A stretch of DNA of 64,000 nt. It comes from a virus. The notes beneath the pieces were generated by a model. The model worked only from the letters and a program-made list of their open reading frames with translations. It did not search any database and was not told where the DNA came from. This document shows, piece by piece, positions 30,097 to 39,005 of this stretch. How positions within the stretch are numbered: position 1 is the stretch's first letter; every line of letters starts with the position of its first letter. The DNA lies in IMG/VR virus record IMGVR_UViG_3300017763_000003, one strand, 5' to 3'. Position numbers and translations under genes: made by a program.

Positions 30097-30559
30097 TGTA
30101 ATTAATCGTAAATGGGCAACCATGAAAGACGAAAAACTAAAGATGCAACTGAATGGTTTTGTAATGAATACTTCGGTTGATAAGATTGATGAGTTGTTTG
30201 ATGAAGGTATTATTCGTTATGTAGTCAATCATCAATTATTTGAACTTGACCATGAGCGACAAATATTTTTTGAAGAAGGTGATAAACGAGTACCAGTAGC
30301 GAAAGCAAATACAGCAACCATAGGCGAACATAAAGTATATTGCGAGATAGTATTAGAGGGAGAAGAGTTTCCTGAATTCTGTCAGAAAAATGTAAGAGGT
30401 ACTGCTTGGGATTGGCATCAAAAAGCCAATAAAACTATGGACGAAATTAATGAGCATAAATACTATATAGATCCCGATAAAGGCGAACTAACTATATTAG
30501 AGGAGAGAAAAAGTGATGAAGAGATTAAGCAGGACAGAGCGAAGTCAACTAATAGTTGA
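30086..30559 (+). CDS. hypothetical protein
   Basis: ORF between fabI and acpS. Confidence 0.6.
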   Translation: MTYNVINRKWATMKDEKLKMQLNGFVMNTSVDKIDELFDEGIIRYVVNHQLFELDHERQIFFEEGDKRVPVAKANTATIGEHKVYCEIVLEGEEFPEFCQKNVRGTAWDWHQKANKTMDEINEHKYYIDPDKGELTILEERKSDEEIKQDRAKSTNS

Positions 30560-30758
30560 TGCTCTAGTCAAAAAATATGAAGGTGATATTGCTGAAGCAA
30601 ATGCTAATATGCAAGTCTATATATCCAACTCAGTTGGTATAGGTGAGCATTCAGAAGTCATGGTTGAAATAGATAAACAACTAGAAAAGATTTCTGCTGC
30701 TGAAGAAAAACTAGAAACATTGAAGAAGTACACTTCAAGAGAGTACTACCAAACATGA
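30513..30758 (+). CDS. conserved phage hypothetical protein
   Basis: YEGDIAEA.AN..VY..NSVGIGEH. Confidence 0.65.
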   Translation: MMKRLSRTERSQLIVDALVKKYEGDIAEANANMQVYISNSVGIGEHSEVMVEIDKQLEKISAAEEKLETLKKYTSREYYQT

Positions 30759-31108
30759 TTTTAGGACACGGAATTGATATGGTTCTTGAGTCTAGATTTG
30801 ATAGACGCAGGGATAAATGGTCGGAAACTATATTGTCGCCGACTGAAAAAGAAATATATGATGGACTGTTAGATAGGCAGAAATGTAATTATCTAGCAAA
30901 GGTATGGGTGTTAAAAGAAGCATTTGTGAAAGCAAGACAACACCCAATCGTTGGTATGAAAGAAGCTAAAATGTTTTCCTATATCTCACCGAACTTAGTA
31001 CCGAGTGACGAGATGAGGAAAAAATTAACAGGGGTAAACATACATTGTTCACTATCGGATTTCAAAGGTTGCGTGATTGGCTCAGTAATTTTAGAGAGCA
31101 ACACTTAA
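30755..31108 (+). CDS. acpS: holo-ACP synthase (4'-phosphopantetheinyl transferase)
   Basis: MILGHGIDMV, ILSPTE, WVLKEAFVKA, HCSLSD. Confidence 0.8.
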   Translation: MILGHGIDMVLESRFDRRRDKWSETILSPTEKEIYDGLLDRQKCNYLAKVWVLKEAFVKARQHPIVGMKEAKMFSYISPNLVPSDEMRKKLTGVNIHCSLSDFKGCVIGSVILESNT

Positions 31109-31992
31109 CCACATATAAAATTAATTTTCGTATCAGATACTGGTGGTTCACCCAGTTGTGTCTGCTAGGAATCATTGTATTTGGAAGATGGGATCTAATA
31201 CCCTATGTTTTGGCATGGTGGTTTTTCGGAGCAATGGCTATCACAATATATGCGCACAGAAGTTTATCACATAATAGTATTACTGTAAAATGGAAATGGC
31301 TCGAACACTTCTTCTGCTCTCTTTGTATAGTAAGCAACATCGGAAGTCCACTAGCTTGGGCAGTAATACATCGGATGCACCATGTATATCTAGACGAGGA
31401 AAGGGATCCGCACAGTCCACATCAAATTGGTTTTTTAAGATCTTTAACTCATAGGTGGGATGTACCCTTTGAAAATGTACCACTAAGATTTACAAGAGGA
31501 TTACTGAGAAATAAAACTGCTAGATGGTATCACGATAATAGTTTTAAATCTATGTGTATTACTATATTTGGTGCTTACTTATTAATGTTGTTATGGGGAA
31601 TCATTGTAGAAACATATACAAATGGATTAGCAGTTATGCTACCAGAGTTGGGGTATTACTTAACACATTTTTATTGGTACGATGGTCCATACTTATACAT
31701 TCAAGAGTGGGGTATTAATTTTGCATGGGCAGCATTTGCTGGTGCAGGTCTCGGTCAATGGTCTATGGGTATAACTAACGCATGGCAACATAGTGACAAA
31801 CGAGGAAAACAACATATTCGTAATGTCCCATGGTATTTAAGTTTCATAAACTGGGGAGAAGGATCCCACGATTATCATCATTCTTATCCAAAGGACTTTA
31901 GTTTTGGTAAAGGATTAAACGATCCGACACAATATTTTATTCTTTTCTTAGAAAAGATTGGAGCAGTGAATATAAATAAAGTTAGAGGTTAA
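31045..31992 (+). CDS. membrane-bound fatty acid desaturase (delta-9 type); start uncertain
   Basis: His boxes HRSLSH, HRMHH, HDYHH; DPHSP; GEGSH; TM helices. Confidence 0.85.
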   Translation: MFTIGFQRLRDWLSNFREQHLTTYKINFRIRYWWFTQLCLLGIIVFGRWDLIPYVLAWWFFGAMAITIYAHRSLSHNSITVKWKWLEHFFCSLCIVSNIGSPLAWAVIHRMHHVYLDEERDPHSPHQIGFLRSLTHRWDVPFENVPLRFTRGLLRNKTARWYHDNSFKSMCITIFGAYLLMLLWGIIVETYTNGLAVMLPELGYYLTHFYWYDGPYLYIQEWGINFAWAAFAGAGLGQWSMGITNAWQHSDKRGKQHIRNVPWYLSFINWGEGSHDYHHSYPKDFSFGKGLNDPTQYFILFLEKIGAVNINKVRG

Positions 31993-32130
31993 GATTCGCA
32001 TGGTGAAAGCTACACATATTAGAAAATAAAGTAGCCACTTCACTGAGTTGCTTATTTCATAAGTTTAACTCCTCTATCTGAGAGTCATGCGTTCGGTTTT
32101 GGTAGTTTCCGAATTAACAAAAAACTACCA
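31983..32130 (+). ncRNA. candidate structured RNA with 3' H-type pseudoknot
   Basis: TATAAATA at 31971-31978; helices GTGAA/TTCAC, GCTAC/GTAGC, CTTAT/ATAAG, CGCATG/CATGCG; pseudoknot TTCGG/CCGAA plus TGGTAGTTT/AAACTACCA. Confidence 0.55.
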
Positions 32131-32162
32131 CTTGACTAACTTCCAATATGAAAGGATACACA

Positions 32163-32462
32163 ATGGAAGAATTGGTTTTTGAAATGGAAAGTGGCTTGGT
32201 TAATTATATCATAATTCTTACTTTTTCACTTTTATTTTTTATACTAGGATGGGCAATGCCAAGAGGTAGTGCCTTAAAAAGACTCCAAGGTAAAATCTTC
32301 AAAAGGTTTTATAATTGGACAGGAGCAGTAATGGTTAAGTTCCATAATTTCTTCGCTGATGAAGAATTTTATTTGGAGCATGTATGGCAAGATACTAAGG
32401 ACTATGTGCGTAAAAAATATGGATACGAAAAGAAAAAAACTAAAACTACGAAAAAGAAATAA
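32163..32462 (+). CDS. membrane-anchored hypothetical protein
   Basis: SD AAAGGA; one TM helix. Confidence 0.6.
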   Translation: MEELVFEMESGLVNYIIILTFSLLFFILGWAMPRGSALKRLQGKIFKRFYNWTGAVMVKFHNFFADEEFYLEHVWQDTKDYVRKKYGYEKKKTKTTKKK

Positions 32463-33250
32463 TGTTTAGACCACCATATCATGTAGAGTTGAAGGATGTT
32501 CCATTCCCATTGACTGAAGCAGAACTTGCTAAACAGATAGCAAGGTATGATAAAGAAAGTGGCGACTGGGCAAAACGCAGAGAAGATTTAATACCTGACC
32601 AATGGTACACTGATAAATCTTCATACTCATACGCAGCATATGGTTTCGTAGCAAATCTATGGATTAAACATTTTAACTTCAATCCTGAGTTTCTAAAATG
32701 GTTAGATAGAAATATGATGGCACCTGCTTTGGTGGGTACTATATTTGTATCTCCTCCAGGATATTCACTCAGACCACACATAGATTATGTCGATTATAAT
32801 ATCAATTATTATTGGCGATTAAACTTCCCTGTAAATTTAGATGAAAACGCAGATAAAAGTATGGCATTCTGGGATCCTCGTGACTGTAATATGGAACGCA
32901 GGAATAAAATCAGACACCCAAAGATGCCATATACTGAAATAAATTTAATAGAGTTTGATGACGAAACTAGACCTAAAGTAAAGAAACACTTTGATACCCA
33001 GATGGGTAAATGCTCACTTATATGTGTGGGTGGACCTGACTGTGCTCATAGTATGATTTATGATGGCGAAAAAGAATCCTATACTATTTCTATTGACTTT
33101 AGAGATAAACGAACTGGTTCAAGGATACATGATTGGAAAGCGATAGAAAAAAGAATGGGACATTTATTTGTAAAAGATGACAAACCATCTCCTATCTCAG
33201 CATGGGTAAAAGAAGATGGTGAGTTTGGATGGAGTAGAGATATAACATGA
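32462..33250 (+). CDS. Fe/2OG-type (cupin) oxygenase-like protein
   Basis: SPPGYSLRPHID…WRLNFP…AHS. Confidence 0.55.
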   Translation: MFRPPYHVELKDVPFPLTEAELAKQIARYDKESGDWAKRREDLIPDQWYTDKSSYSYAAYGFVANLWIKHFNFNPEFLKWLDRNMMAPALVGTIFVSPPGYSLRPHIDYVDYNINYYWRLNFPVNLDENADKSMAFWDPRDCNMERRNKIRHPKMPYTEINLIEFDDETRPKVKKHFDTQMGKCSLICVGGPDCAHSMIYDGEKESYTISIDFRDKRTGSRIHDWKAIEKRMGHLFVKDDKPSPISAWVKEDGEFGWSRDIT

Positions 33251-34275
33251 AACACGAACCTTACTACATGTCGTTGAAGGATACACTTGAACGACCTATT
33301 ACTAACGAAGACCTACATCAAATATTAGCACCACTAAGAGAAAATCCAGCACGAGGTAATATATGTGTAAGGAATAGTTGGTTTCGTATTGAGATGATGA
33401 AACAATGGAGAGACATGATGCTTATGCCATATGGCTGTAGTATATTTCGTGCTCATCCATATTATCGTATGTCTCCCCACTGCGATTCTCCAGCAAGACC
33501 GAACTGGGGAAGAGTGACTTGGGCATTCGAAGAGGTAAGTCCTGGAATATATGAACCATGGCGACCTGATGAAGAAGAAACTTCTATCATGACATACTGG
33601 GATGCGAGTGAAGCTGAACAGTGGGACTCTGATATGTGTAATGTATCAGGCGATCCTGAAAAAGATTTAACTTATATTATACCAAGAGAAAGAATACTTC
33701 CTGGATATCAAGGCAATCTAAAAGAAGAATTAAGTTTTCAAATGTCATATCCTGGATTAATTAATGTGGGACAACCACACTCAGTATGGCATAACTCTCC
33801 TAAAACTAGAATCGCAATATCTATTGAATTTATGAATAGAAAAGGTGAGTTTGAAGGATGGGATAAATTAGCTAAAACTTTAGATCGATTCGGTTATGCT
33901 GATATGGAAACTGATAATAGAACAGTAAAATATGGGTCACGATTACATAATGGTTTATTTTCGTGCCTATATAATAAAGAGACTAATGAAGATGTTCCCG
34001 AAACTGTATTTGATGGAGAGCAACTAAAAGATAAATTAGAAAAACATCTAGGCACTAATGCTAAAGGTATGTCTTGGGATGAAGCAGAAGATGTTTATCT
34101 ATCAAATCGATTACTTGGTAGAGGACAAGAGCAAGGAAAGATGTTGAAGGAACAAGGACTAGGTTATGATGACTTCTTAGAAAAACCTGGAGTTCCTTTT
34201 AAATTAGTATTCGGTAATGTAATGCAAAGTCTAATAAACATAGAGGATGAGTACAGAAAAAAATATCCTAAATGA
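33247..34275 (+). CDS. Fe/2OG-type (cupin) oxygenase-like protein
   Basis: PHCD…LINVGQPHSVWHNSPKTRIAISI. Confidence 0.55.
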   Translation: MKHEPYYMSLKDTLERPITNEDLHQILAPLRENPARGNICVRNSWFRIEMMKQWRDMMLMPYGCSIFRAHPYYRMSPHCDSPARPNWGRVTWAFEEVSPGIYEPWRPDEEETSIMTYWDASEAEQWDSDMCNVSGDPEKDLTYIIPRERILPGYQGNLKEELSFQMSYPGLINVGQPHSVWHNSPKTRIAISIEFMNRKGEFEGWDKLAKTLDRFGYADMETDNRTVKYGSRLHNGLFSCLYNKETNEDVPETVFDGEQLKDKLEKHLGTNAKGMSWDEAEDVYLSNRLLGRGQEQGKMLKEQGLGYDDFLEKPGVPFKLVFGNVMQSLINIEDEYRKKYPK

Positions 34276-34553
34276 AAACATTTATAATTTTGACAGCACT
34301 GTTATGGTATGAAGGCATTGGTACAGTACAAACTGACTTTACCTCTATATCATTTTCTAGTCATGAAGAGTGTCAAGAATATGTGTTTAATAACAAAGTA
34401 GATCTCATAGATGGATTATTAGAAAAGCATCGTATGAAAAATGATAAAGTATTCGGTATGGTAGAACTTAGAAGTTTCGAGTTATTTTGCGAGACTAAGT
34501 ATATACTAGAGGAAGAAGATAAAGAAGAATCTAAATATTTAATGGAGTTATAA
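34272..34553 (+). CDS. hypothetical exported protein
   Basis: Hydrophobic N-terminus, F.S.EEC motif. Confidence 0.55.
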   Translation: MKTFIILTALLWYEGIGTVQTDFTSISFSSHEECQEYVFNNKVDLIDGLLEKHRMKNDKVFGMVELRSFELFCETKYILEEEDKEESKYLMEL

Positions 34554-34554
34554 T

Positions 34555-35757
34555 ATGAAACCTGTGCATGTAGTTGGTTATGGTATGAGCGATGCTCTCG
34601 GCATCACTCCCGAAGAATGTTTCACAAAAATGCTAGACGAGAATGATTACTCTCGTGAAATCCCTGGCATGGCAAAACAAGTAGAAGAAATTTTCCACTT
34701 AGTAATTCATCGTGGTGCTATGCATGATGAAGATCGTATAGTTATGCCTGAAGGGTTTGACAAAAAGATGTGGCGAAGTATGACCAATGCTCAAAAGATG
34801 ATGAGTAGTACTACTGAGTCAGCTATGCAGATGGCTGGTATAGAACGCAGTCCTAAAGTAGCAACCCTTGCCAGTACAGTTTCAAATGATACTGAAGGAA
34901 TCGATGTGTACTTTGAATATATTAAGTACATGAAACGAGGTAATGCTCGTAGAGCAGTAAATAGGATTCCTGATATGGGATGTATGCATATTACATCTTA
35001 CTATGGCTTCAAAGGTTTATCAACTGCTACATTCGCATCTTGTGCTACTGGTATGGTCAATATAGATTATGCTATGAGATTAGTAGATGAGTATGACTAT
35101 GTTATCTGTACTGCTGGTGACTGTGCTAACTTCCCTATGGGTATTAAATACTTTGCTTGTTTAGGAGCATTAGCAAACTGGTCAATGCCCTTTGATGATA
35201 GACGACAAGGTTTCTTGATGGGCGATGGTGGAGCATGTATGATTTTACAATCAGAAGAAAAGATGAAAGAGTTTGGAAGTAAATCATATGCTAAATTACA
35301 CAAAGCAGGTATGGCAAGTGACGCAGTAGATATGGTAAACCCAGAAGGAACTGGTACTCGTACTTCTATGCAAGATGCTTTAAGTCATGCTGGTTTAGAT
35401 AAAGTTGATTATGTATGTACTCATGGTACAAGTACTATCGCTGGTGACCCAATCGAATATGAAGCAGTCACTGAAATTATGCCAGGAACTAAAATGTGGG
35501 CACCGAAAAGTAAAATCGGTCATACACTTGCAGCATCTGGTATTCTTGAAGGATGTTATGCTATTGAAAGTATGAGACAAGGCTGGGTTCCACATATTCA
35601 AAATTTAGAACAATCAAGTATAGATGTACATGGTACTCTAGTTCGTGAGAATGAAATGTACTCAAACCAACTTCGTACTCGTACGATGCTAAATAATTCG
35701 TTTGGCTTTGGTGGTAAATGTATGTCGCAAGTAATAGAGGTGAACTTAGATGACTGA
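34555..35757 (+). CDS. fabF: beta-ketoacyl-ACP synthase (FabF/FabB family)
   Basis: ASCATG (Cys), THGTST (His), KIGHTLAASG (His), PFDDRRQGF, NSFGFGG. Confidence 0.88.
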   Translation: MKPVHVVGYGMSDALGITPEECFTKMLDENDYSREIPGMAKQVEEIFHLVIHRGAMHDEDRIVMPEGFDKKMWRSMTNAQKMMSSTTESAMQMAGIERSPKVATLASTVSNDTEGIDVYFEYIKYMKRGNARRAVNRIPDMGCMHITSYYGFKGLSTATFASCATGMVNIDYAMRLVDEYDYVICTAGDCANFPMGIKYFACLGALANWSMPFDDRRQGFLMGDGGACMILQSEEKMKEFGSKSYAKLHKAGMASDAVDMVNPEGTGTRTSMQDALSHAGLDKVDYVCTHGTSTIAGDPIEYEAVTEIMPGTKMWAPKSKIGHTLAASGILEGCYAIESMRQGWVPHIQNLEQSSIDVHGTLVRENEMYSNQLRTRTMLNNSFGFGGKCMSQVIEVNLDD

Positions 35758-36040
35758 AGAACAAATGGATATGTTTGGCGATCCTACTGATAAGAAAAGG
35801 ATATTGGAACTTGAAGCAGAAGTAAAAAACTTGAGACAGGCATACGATGTATTGGCTCAAGAATATGAGAAACTATCAGACCAAGTACCAACTGCAATGA
35901 AAGATATACGAACTGAACCACTTTACACAAACGAAGTGGTTAATGCTGAAACTGGACAACGAAGAAGAGTCCCCACTAGAAAACTGGCAGACTGGGAAGA
36001 AGCTGGTGTACCAAAGGAGCAAATACATGGCTGGGATTGA
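35750..36040 (+). CDS. hypothetical protein
   Basis: ORF in operon. Confidence 0.6.
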   Translation: MTEEQMDMFGDPTDKKRILELEAEVKNLRQAYDVLAQEYEKLSDQVPTAMKDIRTEPLYTNEVVNAETGQRRRVPTRKLADWEEAGVPKEQIHGWD

Positions 36041-36446
36041 TAACATGGCTGGAATAAGTAAATTATTTGAAAGTAAAAAACCATTTGATATGGTAAAGGA
36101 ATGGATGGAAATAGCAGGTCAACAAGCACCATCTGAAGAACTTGCCGATACTGGTTTTAATCAACAAGCAGAACTATATGCTAATCTAATTGATGAAGAA
36201 TTTAATGAATTCATGGCAGCATATGGAATGAAAGATGAAGTCGAACAGCTTGATGCTGTATGCGACTTAATCTGGGTTGCTGCTGGATATGCTCACTCGA
36301 AAGGGTGGGATTTAACTAAAGCATTCGCAGAAGTTGGTCGTTCCAACTACTCAAAAACACCCTTCACAAAGGATGAATCTACAGGAAAAGTGACTAAAAG
36401 TAAGAATTTTTCACCACCTAATCTTAAAAAGTTTATAAGTAATTGA
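36027..36446 (+). CDS. MazG-like NTP pyrophosphohydrolase
   Basis: LIDEEFNE…EQLDAVCDLIWV…EVGRSNYSK…GKVTK; SD AAGGAG before ATG 36027. Confidence 0.85.
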   Translation: MAGIDNMAGISKLFESKKPFDMVKEWMEIAGQQAPSEELADTGFNQQAELYANLIDEEFNEFMAAYGMKDEVEQLDAVCDLIWVAAGYAHSKGWDLTKAFAEVGRSNYSKTPFTKDESTGKVTKSKNFSPPNLKKFISN

Positions 36447-36516
36447 TTTTTAATAACTTTTTAATCTAAAAAAATAGACGATTTTACTTGACATTTGTCT
36501 AAAAATGGAGTAGAAT
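36436..36516 (+). promoter_or_regulatory. early promoter with upstream IHF-like box
   Basis: TAAGTAATTGATT (reverse WATCAANNNNTTR), GACGATTTTAC, TTGACA-17-TAGAAT. Confidence 0.75.
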
Positions 36517-36522
36517 TACTGT

Positions 36523-37047
36523 ATGATTAAAGATAATAAAATAATATATGTCGATATGGATGGTGTATTAGCCAACTTTGACGACTATTACTTCAGAAAT
36601 GGAAGGCACTCTTTTATATATGAAGAGTTCCGTGATGAAGTTATGCAGAATAAACTATTTACCAAACTTCCTAGAATGGTAAACATGGATGAATTGATGG
36701 ATTCTACTAGACAGATTGCTGAAAAGCATGGTTATGAAATCCAAATTTTATCTAGTGTTCATACATTATATGATGACCAGTTTGCTGAAAGTTGCAAACA
36801 AAAAAGGTTATGGTTGTTAGAAAATGGTTTGGGTGACTTGGTCACTAATTTCGTGAAAGGTAGAACTGAAAAAGGAACTTTCGGTAAAGATGGTGACATC
36901 TTAATTGATGACCAACTTACTTGTGTTCATTACTTTAACGATAATGGTGGTGTTGGTATCGGTCATAAAAATGTACTTGATACTCTCACTTTATTACAAA
37001 AGGTTATCGCCGATAGACATTTACAAGAGGTGGCAGTTGCCAGTTAA
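36523..37047 (+). CDS. HAD-family 5'(3')-deoxyribonucleotidase
   Basis: YVDMDGVLANF, ILSS, K..WL, ILIDD. Confidence 0.85.
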   Translation: MIKDNKIIYVDMDGVLANFDDYYFRNGRHSFIYEEFRDEVMQNKLFTKLPRMVNMDELMDSTRQIAEKHGYEIQILSSVHTLYDDQFAESCKQKRLWLLENGLGDLVTNFVKGRTEKGTFGKDGDILIDDQLTCVHYFNDNGGVGIGHKNVLDTLTLLQKVIADRHLQEVAVAS

Positions 37048-37585
37048 AAAGCACGACGGAAATTTGTTTAAAGGCATATTTTCCCCAAGAATAAATCTCG
37101 CTGGTACTTATGCGAAGAATGCTCATATTGGGCAAAAGAGAAAGTACACTGGCGAGCCATACATCACACATCCTACAGCAGTTGCTGAATTATTAAGAAT
37201 TAATTACAAAGATACTACTGAGGATATGTACATGGCAGCATTATTGCATGATGTAGTTGAAGATACACCTGCATCACATGAAGAAATAGCACGATTCTTT
37301 GGCGACAAAGTTAGCGAACTGGTTAGAGGTTTGACTGATGTATCAAAGCCAGAAGATGGGAATCGTGCTACTAGAAAAGCAATGGATCGTGACCATCTTG
37401 CTCAAGGTAGTAAGGAAGTACAAACGATAAAAGTTTTTGACCTTATACATAATACTGAGTCTATAAAAGAACACGATCCTGAATTCTACAAAGTGTTCAA
37501 GTTAGAGAAACAAGATTTACTTAATGTGATGACTAAAGTAGATCCAGAAATTAAACAACTCGGATGGGAGAGTATAACCCCATAG
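37037..37585 (+). CDS. HD-domain (p)ppGpp hydrolase-like protein (small alarmone hydrolase/Mesh1-type)
   Basis: AHIGQKRKYTGEPYITHP, AALLHDVVEDT, IK..D..HN; TTG start after GAGG. Confidence 0.8.
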   Translation: MPVKKHDGNLFKGIFSPRINLAGTYAKNAHIGQKRKYTGEPYITHPTAVAELLRINYKDTTEDMYMAALLHDVVEDTPASHEEIARFFGDKVSELVRGLTDVSKPEDGNRATRKAMDRDHLAQGSKEVQTIKVFDLIHNTESIKEHDPEFYKVFKLEKQDLLNVMTKVDPEIKQLGWESITP

Positions 37586-37591
37586 GATAAA

Positions 37592-38029
37592 ATGAGAGAA
37601 GGAATAACTGCTTTCCTAGTCGGAAGTATAGGATTGTTTTGGATATTGAACTTAGCATACGCCAACGCAGATGTCAAAGGATATACTGATGTTCATGGAT
37701 GCCAAGGTGAGTGTCTTGAAGAATACCATAATAAGTTTGGTACATTTACTGAGCAACTTGAAGCAAAGCGAGTAGCGATGCAATCAGAAACACCAGCTGA
37801 TAGAGGTGCTAAGAAATATGTTAATTGTAATATGTGTCATGGTATGAATGGCGAGGGTGGTATTGGTCCAAAATTATCTGGATCTACATCGATTGTTAAG
37901 ATGCTAGAGCAATATAAAGCTGGGGAAACTAGAGGTGCCCAGTCAGCATTAATGTGGGGACAGGCAGCAAACCTGTCAACTCAGGATATGGAAGACTTAC
38001 AGGCATATATTGATGGATTTGACATTTAA
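37592..38029 (+). CDS. membrane-anchored class I cytochrome c
   Basis: CNMCH haem motif, GPKL, distal Met (LMWGQA). Confidence 0.85.
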   Translation: MREGITAFLVGSIGLFWILNLAYANADVKGYTDVHGCQGECLEEYHNKFGTFTEQLEAKRVAMQSETPADRGAKKYVNCNMCHGMNGEGGIGPKLSGSTSIVKMLEQYKAGETRGAQSALMWGQAANLSTQDMEDLQAYIDGFDI

Positions 38030-38047
38030 GTTTTTATTAATTAGAAT
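38019..38047 (+). promoter_or_regulatory. sigma70 promoter (leaderless)
   Basis: TTGACA-17-TAGAAT, ATG at 38054. Confidence 0.7.
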
Positions 38048-38053
38048 TATAAC

Positions 38054-38215
38054 ATGATTATGACTATATTAGATAGTTTAATAGTTATCGGATTGATTAC
38101 TATTTGTGGTGCTATCGCTTGGGTAGATGTTGAAATGCGTCTAGATAAACGAAAGAAACGCAAAGAAGCTAGAAAACAATTTGAAGAATCTATTGATATA
38201 TCTACAGATGAATAG
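38054..38215 (+). CDS. small membrane protein (not in ORF track)
   Basis: MIMTILDSLIVIGLITICGAIAWV then basic tail. Confidence 0.6.
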   Translation: MIMTILDSLIVIGLITICGAIAWVDVEMRLDKRKKRKEARKQFEESIDISTDE

Positions 38216-38223
38216 GTGAAACT

Positions 38224-38436
38224 ATGAGTATTGAAGAAATACAAGGATATCTTGTAATACTAACCCCATTGGCTATGGCGATAGTTGCTATGAGCATTTT
38301 TACATTACAAGATAAAAGGATAAAAACTTATAGACTTGGTGAGATCGTAAAAGATAAAAACGCACCACCAAAAAAACAGAAAGGTGTGTTTGATATGCAG
38401 AAAACTGCGTCTTACACGGAAGGAGATAATACATGA
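38224..38436 (+). CDS. small membrane protein
   Basis: N-terminal TM. Confidence 0.55.
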   Translation: MSIEEIQGYLVILTPLAMAIVAMSIFTLQDKRIKTYRLGEIVKDKNAPPKKQKGVFDMQKTASYTEGDNT

Positions 38437-39005
38437 ATATCTTTGCATTACATCAGCATCCTGTGGTTGCTGCGAAACAACATTGTGACAAACATGTTGT
38501 TAAAATGATACTAGAAACTGCCCAACTACTTTCTACTGCCCATCGTATGCTTGATGGCGAACTAACTAAACGACCATCGGTATCAGGTAAAACAGAAACT
38601 AAGTATTGGCTCATGGAAAATAGTAATATGGAAAATGTACTTTATCGTGCTACCATGATGAACCATCCTTGTGCTATATGGGTACGAGAAACTGATGCTA
38701 ATTATATGTGGGCATACAATTTATTTACTGCACTCTGCGATGAATATACGCATCGCTATGGTAGAGTACACAAAACTGATACACTACTGCGTGAAGCATT
38801 GATGTTTACACCCATAGCTATTAAACGACAGGGTCTAACACCATTTCCTCAAGCGATGCCTGAGGATGTGAAACATAATGATAGCATAGTTGCTTATCGT
38901 CAATACTATATTAAATACAAAGCAGACTTCGCTAAATGGACTAAGAGGGATGTTCCTACATGGTACGATGAAGTACACGGAACAAATGCTTGTTATGCCA
39001 GTTAA
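38433..39005 (+). CDS. pyrimidine-dimer DNA glycosylase family protein
   Basis: MNIF.L, HCDKHVVKMILETAQLLSTAH, NHPCAIWVR, AYRQYY. Confidence 0.8.
   Translation: MNIFALHQHPVVAAKQHCDKHVVKMILETAQLLSTAHRMLDGELTKRPSVSGKTETKYWLMENSNMENVLYRATMMNHPCAIWVRETDANYMWAYNLFTALCDEYTHRYGRVHKTDTLLREALMFTPIAIKRQGLTPFPQAMPEDVKHNDSIVAYRQYYIKYKADFAKWTKRDVPTWYDEVHGTNACYAS

Noticed and set aside
31983-32130. tRNA, full tmRNA or retron msr-msd
   Set aside because: No T-loop GTTCGA consensus, no ANDN-type tag frame, and no reverse transcriptase in the window
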